A stretch of DNA of 63,122 nt, from positions 1 to 63,122 of the forward strand of contig CAIPVR010000306.1 of NCBI GenBank assembly GCA_903868545.1, written 5' to 3'. This DNA is from an uncultured Actinomycetes bacterium. GTDB lineage: Bacteria > Actinomycetota > Acidimicrobiia > Acidimicrobiales > Microtrichaceae. Under the pieces are notes generated by a model. It was not told the origin of the DNA, searched no databases, and saw only the letters and a program-made list of their open reading frames with translations. Of the stretch, positions 53,755 through 61,955 are shown one piece after another; position 1 is the first letter of the stretch; each line of letters begins with the position of its first letter. Position numbers and translations under genes: made by a program.

Positions 53755-53791
53755 CGTGCCGTTCAGTGCGTGCCGTTCAGTGCGTGCCGTT
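53755..53791 (-). repeat. 14-bp tandem repeat (2.6 copies) spanning the Zn-ADH stop codon
   Basis: CGTGCCGTTCAGTG x2 plus CGTGCCGTT. This duplicates the ...NGTH-stop end of the gene into the downstream spacer. Confidence 0.8.
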
Positions 53792-54820
53792 GGGTCGGAT
53801 CATCACCTTGCCGGCGTGCTCGCCACGGGCCAGCAGCTCCGCCGCGGTGGCCACCCCGTCGAGGCCGTACTCGGTGTCGTCGATGAGGACGTCCACCGGG
53901 AGCGCACCGGAGGCGAGCAACTCCAGGGCACGGTCGAAGCCGCCCTGGTCGTAGACGAACGCTCCGCTCACCGTGAGCTCCAGCACGATCGTGCGGTTCG
54001 GGTCGAACCGCGGCGGATCGATCCCGGTGCCGACCAGCACGAGCCGGCCGCCCCGACGGAGCTGGAAGAACGCCGACTCCATCGCGGCGCGCCGGCCGGA
54101 GGACTCGAACGCCACGTGGAACGGGTGCTCGGCGAGCACGTCCACCTGTGACATGTCGAAGGTGGGCAGGGCCCCGGGTTCCACCACGGCCTCCACGCCG
54201 AGGCGGCGGGCGAGCTCCTGGCGCGCCGGCGCCGGCTCCACCACCGTCACGCGGTGGCCACGGGCGACGAGCGTGGCCGCGATCAACGCCCCGATCGGGC
54301 CGGCACCGAACACGATGGCGTCGTCGCCGTCGCGGACGTCGGCCCGGGTGATGGCGTGGAGGGCGACGGCCAGCGGTTCGGCCAGCGCCGCGGCGCGCCG
54401 GTCGAGTCCTGCCGGCACGTGCAGCACCTCCGCCCGGTCCCGCACCACGTGGGTGGCGAAGGCGCCGTCGAAGTGGCCGGTCATCCGGTCCTGCGACTCG
54501 CACTGGGACGGCCGGCCCTCCCGGCACGGCCGGCAGGTGCCGCACTTCGGTTCCGGTCCACCGAGCACGGCGTCGCCGGGTGCCATGTCCTCCACGCCGG
54601 GGCCGACGGCCACCACCGTGCCCGACCACTCGTGGCCCAGCACGTCGCCGGGGTGGCCCCATCCCTCGACGATGAGGTGGAGGTCGCTCCCGCAGACCCC
54701 GCAGTAGTCGACCTCGACCACCACCTGGCGGTCGCCGGCCGGCGGCAGGTCCCGCTGCTCCACCTCCACCCGGCCCTGCCGCCGGTAGACCGCCGCCGGG
54801 ATTCGCTCGGGGACGCTCAT
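53777..54820 (-). CDS. zinc-dependent medium-chain dehydrogenase
   Basis: CGVCGSDLH, GHEWSG, CGTCRPCREGRPSQC and GAGPIG are present. ATGA overlap with the livF stop. Confidence 0.85.
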   Translation of the reverse strand: MSVPERIPAAVYRRQGRVEVEQRDLPPAGDRQVVVEVDYCGVCGSDLHLIVEGWGHPGDVLGHEWSGTVVAVGPGVEDMAPGDAVLGGPEPKCGTCRPCREGRPSQCESQDRMTGHFDGAFATHVVRDRAEVLHVPAGLDRRAAALAEPLAVALHAITRADVRDGDDAIVFGAGPIGALIAATLVARGHRVTVVEPAPARQELARRLGVEAVVEPGALPTFDMSQVDVLAEHPFHVAFESSGRRAAMESAFFQLRRGGRLVLVGTGIDPPRFDPNRTIVLELTVSGAFVYDQGGFDRALELLASGALPVDVLIDDTEYGLDGVATAAELLARGEHAGKVMIRPNGTH

Positions 54821-55578
54821 GAACCACCACCGAGGAGATCGCCGGCCTCGTCGACCCGGCCGGGGACACCGGTGGGCAGGAGCACCGTGGAGGACTGGTC
54901 GCCGAGCCCGGCCGGTGTGCCGTCGTAGGCGACCTCGCCCTGACGGAGCACCACCACGCGGTCGGCGAGCGACAGGGCGTGGTCGAGGTGCTGCTCGACC
55001 ACCAGCAGCGCGGTGCCCGCGTCGCGCACCTGGCCCAGCACCCGGTACACGTCCGCGGTCACGATCGGGGCCAGGCCGAGCGACAGCTCATCCGCGATGA
55101 GCAGGCGGGGCCGCAGCACGAGGACCCGGGCCAGGGTGAGCATCCGTTGCTCGCCGCCCGAGAGCGTGCCCGCCACCTGGTTCCGGCGTTCGCCGAGGCG
55201 GGGGAAGAGTTCGAACGCCTCGTCGAGGCCGGCCCTGACGCCGGGGCCGGACGCCGCGCCGCGGAAGGCGAGCTGCAGGTTCTCGGCGACGGTGAGCGTG
55301 GCGAACACCGCCCTGCCCTCGGGGGCGTGGGCGATGCCCGCCCGGGCGAACGTGTGGGCGGGTTCACCGGTGAGGTCCTTCCCGTCGACCAGCACCGCGC
55401 CGGCGGTCGGTGCGAGCAGTCCGGAGGCCGCCCGGGCCACGGTGGACTTCCCCGACCCGTTGGGGCCGACCAGCGCCACCGCAGAGCCGGGTCGAACCTC
55501 GAAGCTCACGTCGAACAGGGCCCGGAACGGGCCGTAGGCGGCGTCCACGTGGTCGAGCGCCAGCACGGGTGCGGTCAC
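54817..55578 (-). CDS. livF: branched-chain-amino-acid-type ABC transporter ATP-binding protein
   Basis: Walker A GPNGSGKST, signature LSGGEQ and Walker B LLIADE are present. The GTG start forms a GTGA overlap with the livG stop (frame-checked). Confidence 0.85.
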   Translation of the reverse strand: MTAPVLALDHVDAAYGPFRALFDVSFEVRPGSAVALVGPNGSGKSTVARAASGLLAPTAGAVLVDGKDLTGEPAHTFARAGIAHAPEGRAVFATLTVAENLQLAFRGAASGPGVRAGLDEAFELFPRLGERRNQVAGTLSGGEQRMLTLARVLVLRPRLLIADELSLGLAPIVTADVYRVLGQVRDAGTALLVVEQHLDHALSLADRVVVLRQGEVAYDGTPAGLGDQSSTVLLPTGVPGRVDEAGDLLGGGS

Positions 55579-56339
55579 GAGTTGTCCCCCAGGTAGGCGA
55601 CGCGGACCCGTTCGTCGCCGAGCACGTCCTCGGTGGGGCCGTCGGCGATGAGCTGGCCGTAGTCGAGCACGTAGGTGCGCTCGGCGAGGCGCCGGACCAT
55701 GGGCACGTCGTGCTCGATCAGCACGATGGCCGTGCCGTGCTGCCGGCTGACGGTCTCGAGCGTTGCGCTCATCTCCGCGGTCTCGTGGCGGTCGAGGCCG
55801 GACGACGGTTCGTCGAGGAACAGCAGTGCCGGATCGCACATCAGGGCCCGGGCCAGCTCCACCAGGCGGCCCTTGCCGAGCGACAGCGACTCCGCCGGCC
55901 GGTCGGCCCACTCGGTGAGGCCCACGAGCTCGAGCACGATCCCGCAGCGCTCGAGCTCCTCGGAGGTCGGCCGGGACCCCCGGAACAGGTCGGACCACAG
56001 CCCGCCACGCCGCGTGCGGGCCCGGTCGGCGACGAGGAGGTGGTCGAGCACGGTCATGCCGCCGAACAGCTCGATGCGCTGGAAGGTCCGGGCGATGCCG
56101 AGCCGGGCCCGTGCCGACGGGCGGAGGCGTTCGAGGCTCCTCCCCCGGAACGTGACGGTGCCGCGGTCCGGTCGCAGCACCCCGGACAGGCAGTTGAACA
56201 GTGTCGACTTGCCCGCCCCGTTCGGGCCGATCACGGCGACGAACTCCCCGTCGGCGACGTGCAGCGACACGTCGGAGAGGGCCACGATCCCCGAGAACCG
56301 CTTGGACACGGCCTCGGCCTCGAGCAGCGGCCCGCTCAC
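55575..56339 (-). CDS. livG: branched-chain-amino-acid-type ABC transporter ATP-binding protein
   Basis: Walker A GPNGAGKST, LSLGKGR and LLFLDEPSSG are present. GTGA overlap with the permease stop. Confidence 0.9.
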   Translation of the reverse strand: MSGPLLEAEAVSKRFSGIVALSDVSLHVADGEFVAVIGPNGAGKSTLFNCLSGVLRPDRGTVTFRGRSLERLRPSARARLGIARTFQRIELFGGMTVLDHLLVADRARTRRGGLWSDLFRGSRPTSEELERCGIVLELVGLTEWADRPAESLSLGKGRLVELARALMCDPALLFLDEPSSGLDRHETAEMSATLETVSRQHGTAIVLIEHDVPMVRRLAERTYVLDYGQLIADGPTEDVLGDERVRVAYLGDNS

Positions 56340-58468
56340 CCGGGGCTCCCGCTGTCGGCGGTCGGCCGGCCCGTTCCCGCGAGCGGTGGGGCGTCGGTGA
56401 CCTCGGGGGAGGGGGGCGGCACGGGATCCGATGGCCCCGTGCCGGCGTCACCGCGACGCCGCTCGACCCAGCGGACGATGGCCCCGACCGACGTTGCGGT
56501 CTGGGCCTCGATGCTGCCCTCGGGGTGTTTCGCGTAGGTGATGGCCCCGATCCCGAACAGGATGAAGGCCACGGACTGCGCCCAGTTGGGTTGGATCGCC
56601 CCGAGCGCCGAGGCGACCCAGGAGGGCGCATCGGGGTTCGACTCCACCCAGTTCCCCGGGAAGGTGAACAGCCGGGTGAGGATCGCCGGGAACAGGAAGA
56701 AGAACAGGCCCGAGAGCACCGCGGCCTGCACGCTGCGGGCCCCGGCGGACACGAGCAGCGCCACCCACACGAGTCCGATGAGGTACGGGAAGCTGCTCTG
56801 GTAGTTGGCCTGGCCCACGTAGGTGGCCATCAGGCCTCCGCCGAACCCGGCGATGGCGGCCGCCACGGTGAACGCCACCACCCGGCTCCGCCGGCCGCTG
56901 ATGCCGATCGACGCGGCGGCCACGTCGGAGGTCTGCAGCGCCTGGAGGAACCTCCCGGTGGTGCCCTCGCGGAGGCGGATCACCACGGCGGACACCGCCG
57001 CCGCGCACAGCACGGCGAACAGCAGGAACCAGCGGTCGTCCGCGAGGTCGATCGGGCCGATCAACGGCCGGGGGACCGACAGCGGGACGGCCCCGCCGCT
57101 CACCCACGACAGCGGCACGAAGATCGACTCGAACATCAGGGCGAACGCGAGGGTGGCCAGGGCCAGGTAGACGCCGTCGAGGCGGACCACCGGCACGGCG
57201 AGGAGGGCGCCCACCCCGGCGGCGATGACGGCGCCGATCACGATCGCCCCCAGGACCGACATGCCGGTCGCCGCCACCAGTTGCGCGGTCCCGAAGGCCC
57301 CGATCGCCGCCAGTGCGGCCTGGCACAGCGACAGCATGCCCCCCATGCCCACCACCACGATCAGCGACATCATGATGATGCCGAGGATGATCCCGCTGAT
57401 GACGAGCCCCAGCCAGTAGCCGTCCAGCAGGAACCAGCAGGCCGCGAGACCCAGCGCCACGACGACGGCGCCGAAGGCCCGGGTGCCCACCGTCATCCAG
57501 TGGGGCCGGACCAGCGCCACCGGCGCCGGCGGAGGTGCCTCCACCGTGGCGAGGGGATCGGTGACCTCACGTGTGGAGCGGAGCCCGGGCCGGAACAGCA
57601 ACAGCAGGAACAGCACCAGGAAGGGCAGCGCCGGACGCAGTCCCGTGGCGAGGATGCTGTCGGTGGGCAGCGACCCGGCCAGCACGGCCTGCAGCACCCC
57701 GAGCAGCAGGCCGCCCGCGAAGGTGAGGGGAATGCTGGTGAGGCCGCCGAACACGGTGGCGGCGAGCGCGGCGACCAGCAGCGTGAAGAGGTCGAGCGGG
57801 TTCAGCGACGCGAACAGCGGGGCGAGCAGGACGCCGGCGAGCCCGGCGAGGAGGCTCGACAGCATCCACGAGGTCATCGACACCCGCTCGCTGTCGACCC
57901 CGTTGAGCTCGGCCATGCGGGGGCTCTCCACCACGGCCCGCATCCGCAGGCCCAGCGAGGAGAACCGGAACAACAGGACCAGCGCGACCACCACCGTCAC
58001 GGTGGCGGCGATGGTGGCGATCTGGCCCGCGTCGAGCACGATCGACGTGTTCCGGGGCCAGAGCCACTCGTCGGTGCGCATCACGTACCAGAGTGGCGGC
58101 GGGTTCTTGCGGGACTCGTCGCCGAGCACCAGCTTGACCACCTCGGGGATGGCGATGAGCAGGCCCAGCGACGTGACCAGTTTCGCCATCGACCCCGCGG
58201 TGCGCAGGTAGCGGAACAGCACCCGCTCGAGCAGCAGTCCGATCGCAGGGCCCACCACCACCACGGCCAAGAGCGCGGCCCACAGCAGCGGCCACTCGTG
58301 GTCCTTGCGGACCACGTAGAACACGGCGGCCGATGCGTACGCCTGCGCTCCGAACGCCAGGTTGAAGACGCCCGAGGTCTTGTACGTGAGGACGAGGCCG
58401 ACCGCGAGCAGCGCGAACACGCAGCCGGTCGGGATACCGCGGACGGCGTTCTCGAGCAGGGTCTCCAC
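56336..58468 (-). CDS. fused LivH-LivM-type ABC permease
   Basis: 710 aa in two hydrophobic permease halves joined by REVTDPLATVEAPPPAPVALVRP. The hydrophilic C-terminal tail is Pro-rich. Confidence 0.85.
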   Translation of the reverse strand: METLLENAVRGIPTGCVFALLAVGLVLTYKTSGVFNLAFGAQAYASAAVFYVVRKDHEWPLLWAALLAVVVVGPAIGLLLERVLFRYLRTAGSMAKLVTSLGLLIAIPEVVKLVLGDESRKNPPPLWYVMRTDEWLWPRNTSIVLDAGQIATIAATVTVVVALVLLFRFSSLGLRMRAVVESPRMAELNGVDSERVSMTSWMLSSLLAGLAGVLLAPLFASLNPLDLFTLLVAALAATVFGGLTSIPLTFAGGLLLGVLQAVLAGSLPTDSILATGLRPALPFLVLFLLLLFRPGLRSTREVTDPLATVEAPPPAPVALVRPHWMTVGTRAFGAVVVALGLAACWFLLDGYWLGLVISGIILGIIMMSLIVVVGMGGMLSLCQAALAAIGAFGTAQLVAATGMSVLGAIVIGAVIAAGVGALLAVPVVRLDGVYLALATLAFALMFESIFVPLSWVSGGAVPLSVPRPLIGPIDLADDRWFLLFAVLCAAAVSAVVIRLREGTTGRFLQALQTSDVAAASIGISGRRSRVVAFTVAAAIAGFGGGLMATYVGQANYQSSFPYLIGLVWVALLVSAGARSVQAAVLSGLFFFLFPAILTRLFTFPGNWVESNPDAPSWVASALGAIQPNWAQSVAFILFGIGAITYAKHPEGSIEAQTATSVGAIVRWVERRRGDAGTGPSDPVPPPSPEVTDAPPLAGTGRPTADSGSPG

Positions 58469-58498
58469 GACGGGGTGGCCGGTCGCGTCCGTCCGCCG

Positions 58499-59872
58499 CT
58501 ACTGGCGCACGGCCTCGAGCGTGCCGGAGGCCAGGTCGAAGCACACGAACGGCGTGCCGCCCGGGCCCTCCACCGGCTGGAACTTGCTGTCGACCACCTT
58601 CAGGGTCGCCGAGCAGGAGATGTTGGTCCGCTGCGTGTGGCTCTCGGTCCAGTCCACCCCGGAGAGGAGCCCGTCGGCGGTCCAGTCCGTCTCGGAGTTG
58701 ATCGCGTCGATGACCTTCTGGCGGGTGAAGTCCGGTCCGGCCTTGCGCAGGCCCTCCACGAACAGGGCGGCGTTGAGCCAGCCGACGAGGCTGTTCTCAC
58801 CCACCTCGCCGCCGGCCTTCTCGATCCACTTCCGGTAGTCCTTCATCCCCTGCGAGGGCTCGTCGCTCTCGAGCGGCAGGAACGAGGTGTAGAGGTAGCT
58901 CCCCTCGAAGAGGTCGCCGTACTCGTCGAGCAGTTCCTGGTCGTAGGCGTTGGGGAGGTACTGGATGGCCTTGACGTCCTGCTTCTTCAGTTCCTTGGCG
59001 AGGCCGACCACACCGTTGGTGTCGATGCAGGTCACGACCATGTCCACGCCGGCGTCCTTCATCTTGGCCACCTGCACCGAGAAGTCGGTGGTGCCGTAGG
59101 ACAGGGACGAATCCTTGAACACCACGGAGGCCCCGGCCTCGTCGCCGTACTTGGTGAAGGACTTGTCGTAGCCGTCGACGCACTGGCTGGACTGCGGCAC
59201 CGCGTAGCCGAGCAGGCCGACCTTCGACTTCCCCGCCTCCTTCGCGATGTAGGGGACCGCGGGCTGCTCGCAGCCGAGGCACAGGTAGGAGCCGGCCTGC
59301 CCGAACAGGTTGGCCTTGGGGTTGTCGGCCGAGCCCTGCCACTCCGGGTTGATGGTCCACCCGAAGGTGGGCACCCCGGCGGCCACCAGCTCGTCGGCCC
59401 CGGTGAACAGCAGCGTGGCGACCGGCAGCACGGCGAAGACGTTGTCCTGCTCGAGCAGTCCGCGGACCTCGTCCTTGTTGCTCGCGACCTTGTCGTCGCG
59501 CTCGCTCACGAGCTTCAGCTGCCGGCCGTTCACCCCGCCCTCGGAGTTGACCATGTCGAAGTAGGCCTTCACACCGTCGAAGGCCTGGTCGTACTTCCCG
59601 CCCAGCGGGTTCGTCACCGAGGCCACGCCGCCGACGCGGATCTCGGTGTCGGTCACGCCGGGCTCCGCGGAGGGCTTCGCGGCGCCGCCGGCGGTGGTGG
59701 AGCTCCCGCCGCCGGAGCTGTTCGAACTCGAGTTGCCGCAGGCGGGGACCAGGGCCACCGCGGCGAGCACCGCCGCCGCGGCCAGGGCCACCCGGCGCCG
59801 AGGACCGTGCCCACCCGGGCCGGTCCGCTCGGTCCGGTGCGGATCCTTCGTGCTGGTCGTTCGTGGCGTCAC
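58499..59872 (-). CDS. ABC substrate-binding lipoprotein (type I PBP, Leu/Ile/Val-binding family)
   Basis: Lipobox LVPACG is followed by a Ser/Gly linker and a PBP1 fold (NSEGGVNGRQL). GTG start with RBS GGGGGGAG. Confidence 0.85.
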   Translation of the reverse strand: MTPRTTSTKDPHRTERTGPGGHGPRRRVALAAAAVLAAVALVPACGNSSSNSSGGGSSTTAGGAAKPSAEPGVTDTEIRVGGVASVTNPLGGKYDQAFDGVKAYFDMVNSEGGVNGRQLKLVSERDDKVASNKDEVRGLLEQDNVFAVLPVATLLFTGADELVAAGVPTFGWTINPEWQGSADNPKANLFGQAGSYLCLGCEQPAVPYIAKEAGKSKVGLLGYAVPQSSQCVDGYDKSFTKYGDEAGASVVFKDSSLSYGTTDFSVQVAKMKDAGVDMVVTCIDTNGVVGLAKELKKQDVKAIQYLPNAYDQELLDEYGDLFEGSYLYTSFLPLESDEPSQGMKDYRKWIEKAGGEVGENSLVGWLNAALFVEGLRKAGPDFTRQKVIDAINSETDWTADGLLSGVDWTESHTQRTNISCSATLKVVDSKFQPVEGPGGTPFVCFDLASGTLEAVRQ

Positions 59873-59915
59873 CGTCGATCTCCCCCCGGTACGTCAGCGA
59901 GATGCGCCCAAAAAG

Positions 59916-59931
59916 GTGACGCAACTGTTCG
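59916..59931. promoter_or_regulatory. operator-like palindrome, site 12 (weakest match)
   Basis: GTGACGCAACTGTTCG closely resembles site 7. It lies upstream of the ABC importer operon, next to the only A5 run in this spacer. Confidence 0.4.
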
Positions 59932-59951
59932 ATAACGGTGGACCCTAGCCG

Positions 59952-59975
59952 CTGATCGCCGTCGGCGGAGATCAG
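59952..59975 (-). terminator. hairpin overlapping the stop codon of the LDH/MDH-like gene
   Basis: CTGATCGCCG-tcgg-CGGAGATCAG forms a 10-bp stem with one mismatch. It is followed further downstream (minus strand) by the only T5 run in the region. Confidence 0.3.
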
Positions 59976-61027
59976 ATCGTCGCAGCGATGGACGCGCCGA
60001 CGGCCCCGTCGGCCACCCGCAACGCCGTGAGTTCGTCGTCCGCGAGCTGGAGCGGGAGCGGGTCGAGCCAGCCGTCGGGCCCGAGCGTCACCGGCGCGGC
60101 CAGCGGCGAGGTGATGCCGAGCCATCGACCCCCCGTCGCGACCTGGGCGGGCAGCGTCCGCCATACGCCGTCGACGAAGCTGGCCACGAGGTCCGCCGCC
60201 GCGTGGGCGGTGACGGCCTCGGTGGTCCGGCCCGAGGTGAAGTTGGTGAAGAAGGGCTTCACCGCCACCCTCAGGTCCACCGGGAGGGCGGCGACGGCGT
60301 CGTGCGCCTCCTCCACCCGACCGGAGCGGAGCCGCTCCACCAGTCGGGTGCGCTCCGCCACGATCTCCTCGGGCAGGTCGGCGAGGGACCGTCCCCGTCG
60401 GGCCCGGGCGACGGTGCGCTCCACCTCCGAGCCCGGCACGCCCCGCACGGTCACGAGCGACCATGCCGGGACCATGTGGTCGCCGTGCTGGCCGAGCACG
60501 AACGCCCCCACGGCACGCCTCGACACGCCGAGCTCGCGGGCGAGTTCGTGGCGGAACCTGAGGGTGTCGGACCACCCCGCCGCCCCGAGCACGCGGTGCG
60601 GCGGTAGGTGCCGCGAGAAGACGGCGACACCGGTCTCGACCGGGTTGGACTGCACCACCACCAGGGGCTCGCGGTCCGAGGCGGCGAGCACCCGGGCGTA
60701 CACGTCGAACATCCCGGCGTTGTGACGGCCGAGCGCGGCGCGGTCGACGGGCTGGTCCGGGTCGAGCGACACGGTGGCCCCGGCCAGCATGACCACCACG
60801 TCGGCGTCCACGGCCTCCGGGTCCAGCACCAGCTCGAGCCGCGGCGCGTGGTCCGAGAAGGCGTCCTCGAGGTCGGAGCGCAGGCCCCAGAGTTCGTGCT
60901 CGCTGGTCCCACCGCGGTGGCCCACGAGCTGCAGGGTGGCGTCGGCCGGCACCACCTGGCGTTGCAGCAGCTGGACCGCGAGTTGGCGACCGCAGGCGCC
61001 GGCGGCGCCGATGACGGCGACGTCCAC
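59972..61027 (-). CDS. LDH/MDH-superfamily 2-hydroxyacid dehydrogenase (atypical substrate loop)
   Basis: VIGAAGACG NAD fold, SNPVE, TLRFRHELA and GQHGDHMVPAWS (catalytic His) are present. GTG start. Confidence 0.8.
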   Translation of the reverse strand: MDVAVIGAAGACGRQLAVQLLQRQVVPADATLQLVGHRGGTSEHELWGLRSDLEDAFSDHAPRLELVLDPEAVDADVVVMLAGATVSLDPDQPVDRAALGRHNAGMFDVYARVLAASDREPLVVVQSNPVETGVAVFSRHLPPHRVLGAAGWSDTLRFRHELARELGVSRRAVGAFVLGQHGDHMVPAWSLVTVRGVPGSEVERTVARARRGRSLADLPEEIVAERTRLVERLRSGRVEEAHDAVAALPVDLRVAVKPFFTNFTSGRTTEAVTAHAAADLVASFVDGVWRTLPAQVATGGRWLGITSPLAAPVTLGPDGWLDPLPLQLADDELTALRVADGAVGASIAATI

Positions 61028-61028
61028 C

Positions 61029-61955
61029 TCAGGTCCCCGGTCCGGCCGGCGCCCGGGACGGATCGTCGGTGGCGCCGGCGCCGCCGGGGGTCGGGATCCC
61101 GTCGCCGACGGCGACGTGGCCGTCGGCGAGTGCGGCCCGGTTGGCGGCGCGGTCCTCCGGCACGTAGCGGTAGTTCGCCATGAGACCCCAGGCGCGCTCC
61201 GTCCCGAGCGGCGACGGGTCGGCCCCGGGGTTGAGGCGCCACAGGCGGGCGCCGTTGCCGAGATGGAAGCGGGCCACCGGATCGAGGGGTCGCCCGTCCG
61301 TCCTGAGCGAGGTGAGGTACTGCGCCGCCGCGAGCTCGAGCTCGTGGGCCGGCGTGGCGGTCGCCTCGGCCCCGGCGCCCACCCGCTGCTCCTCCATCCA
61401 CCGTCGCAGGCCCGGCACGGGTGACAGCGTCACGAAGGTCTGCACCCCCGGGAGGTCGGACCCCAGCTGTTCGATCGACCGCTCGATCAGCGTGGTGCCG
61501 CGGCCGAGCCCGTCGAGCGCGGGGTCCGCGTTCCAGATCGAGTAGAAGACCGCGGTGTCGGCCGTGCCCGGGTCGAGCACGGGCAGGTCGGCGCCGACCA
61601 CCTGGTCCAACTGCGACGGCACGCCGCGGGTGAGGGCCACCCAGACCACGTTCACGGGCCGGTCGGGCTCCTCGGCCCGGGAGAGCACCATCAGCCGACG
61701 GTCGTCGTCGAGCCGCCGGGCGAGATCCCGCTCGTCCGCCGGGGGGTTGACCGGTTCGCGGGCGCCCAGTTCGGCAACCAGCGACTCGCCGGCGCCCACC
61801 CGCCGGATCACCGGGTCGCTGGTCCACAGCTCGTCGCGGAGCCGTTCGGTGAGCTCGGCGAGCTCCAGTCCGTCGGGCGAGTCGGGCCGCGGACGCGAGC
61901 GCAGCAGTTCGGTCCGGCGCTCGAGCAGCGCGCCGGCGGTCGCTCTCCCGGTCAC
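61029..61955 (-). CDS. malonyl-CoA decarboxylase-family protein (short form)
   Basis: FYSIWN, LSPVPGLRRW, HLGNGA and ANYRY are present. Start is GTG 61955 or TTG 61970. The upstream part of ORF 61029..62228 is artefact overlapping the M50 gene. Confidence 0.7.
   Translation of the reverse strand: MTGRATAGALLERRTELLRSRPRPDSPDGLELAELTERLRDELWTSDPVIRRVGAGESLVAELGAREPVNPPADERDLARRLDDDRRLMVLSRAEEPDRPVNVVWVALTRGVPSQLDQVVGADLPVLDPGTADTAVFYSIWNADPALDGLGRGTTLIERSIEQLGSDLPGVQTFVTLSPVPGLRRWMEEQRVGAGAEATATPAHELELAAAQYLTSLRTDGRPLDPVARFHLGNGARLWRLNPGADPSPLGTERAWGLMANYRYVPEDRAANRAALADGHVAVGDGIPTPGGAGATDDPSRAPAGPGT

Noticed and set aside
3296-59931. The palindrome as a CRP/GlxR site (TGTGA-N6-TCACA) or as KstR/KstR2 steroid operators.
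   Set aside because: Aligning the TGA/TCA cores gives an 8-nt separation here versus 6 nt in CRP sites. KstR (TnnAACnnGTTnnA) and KstR2 (AnCAAGnnCTTGnT) half-sites do not match CTRAC/GTCAN. I therefore leave the binding protein unassigned.
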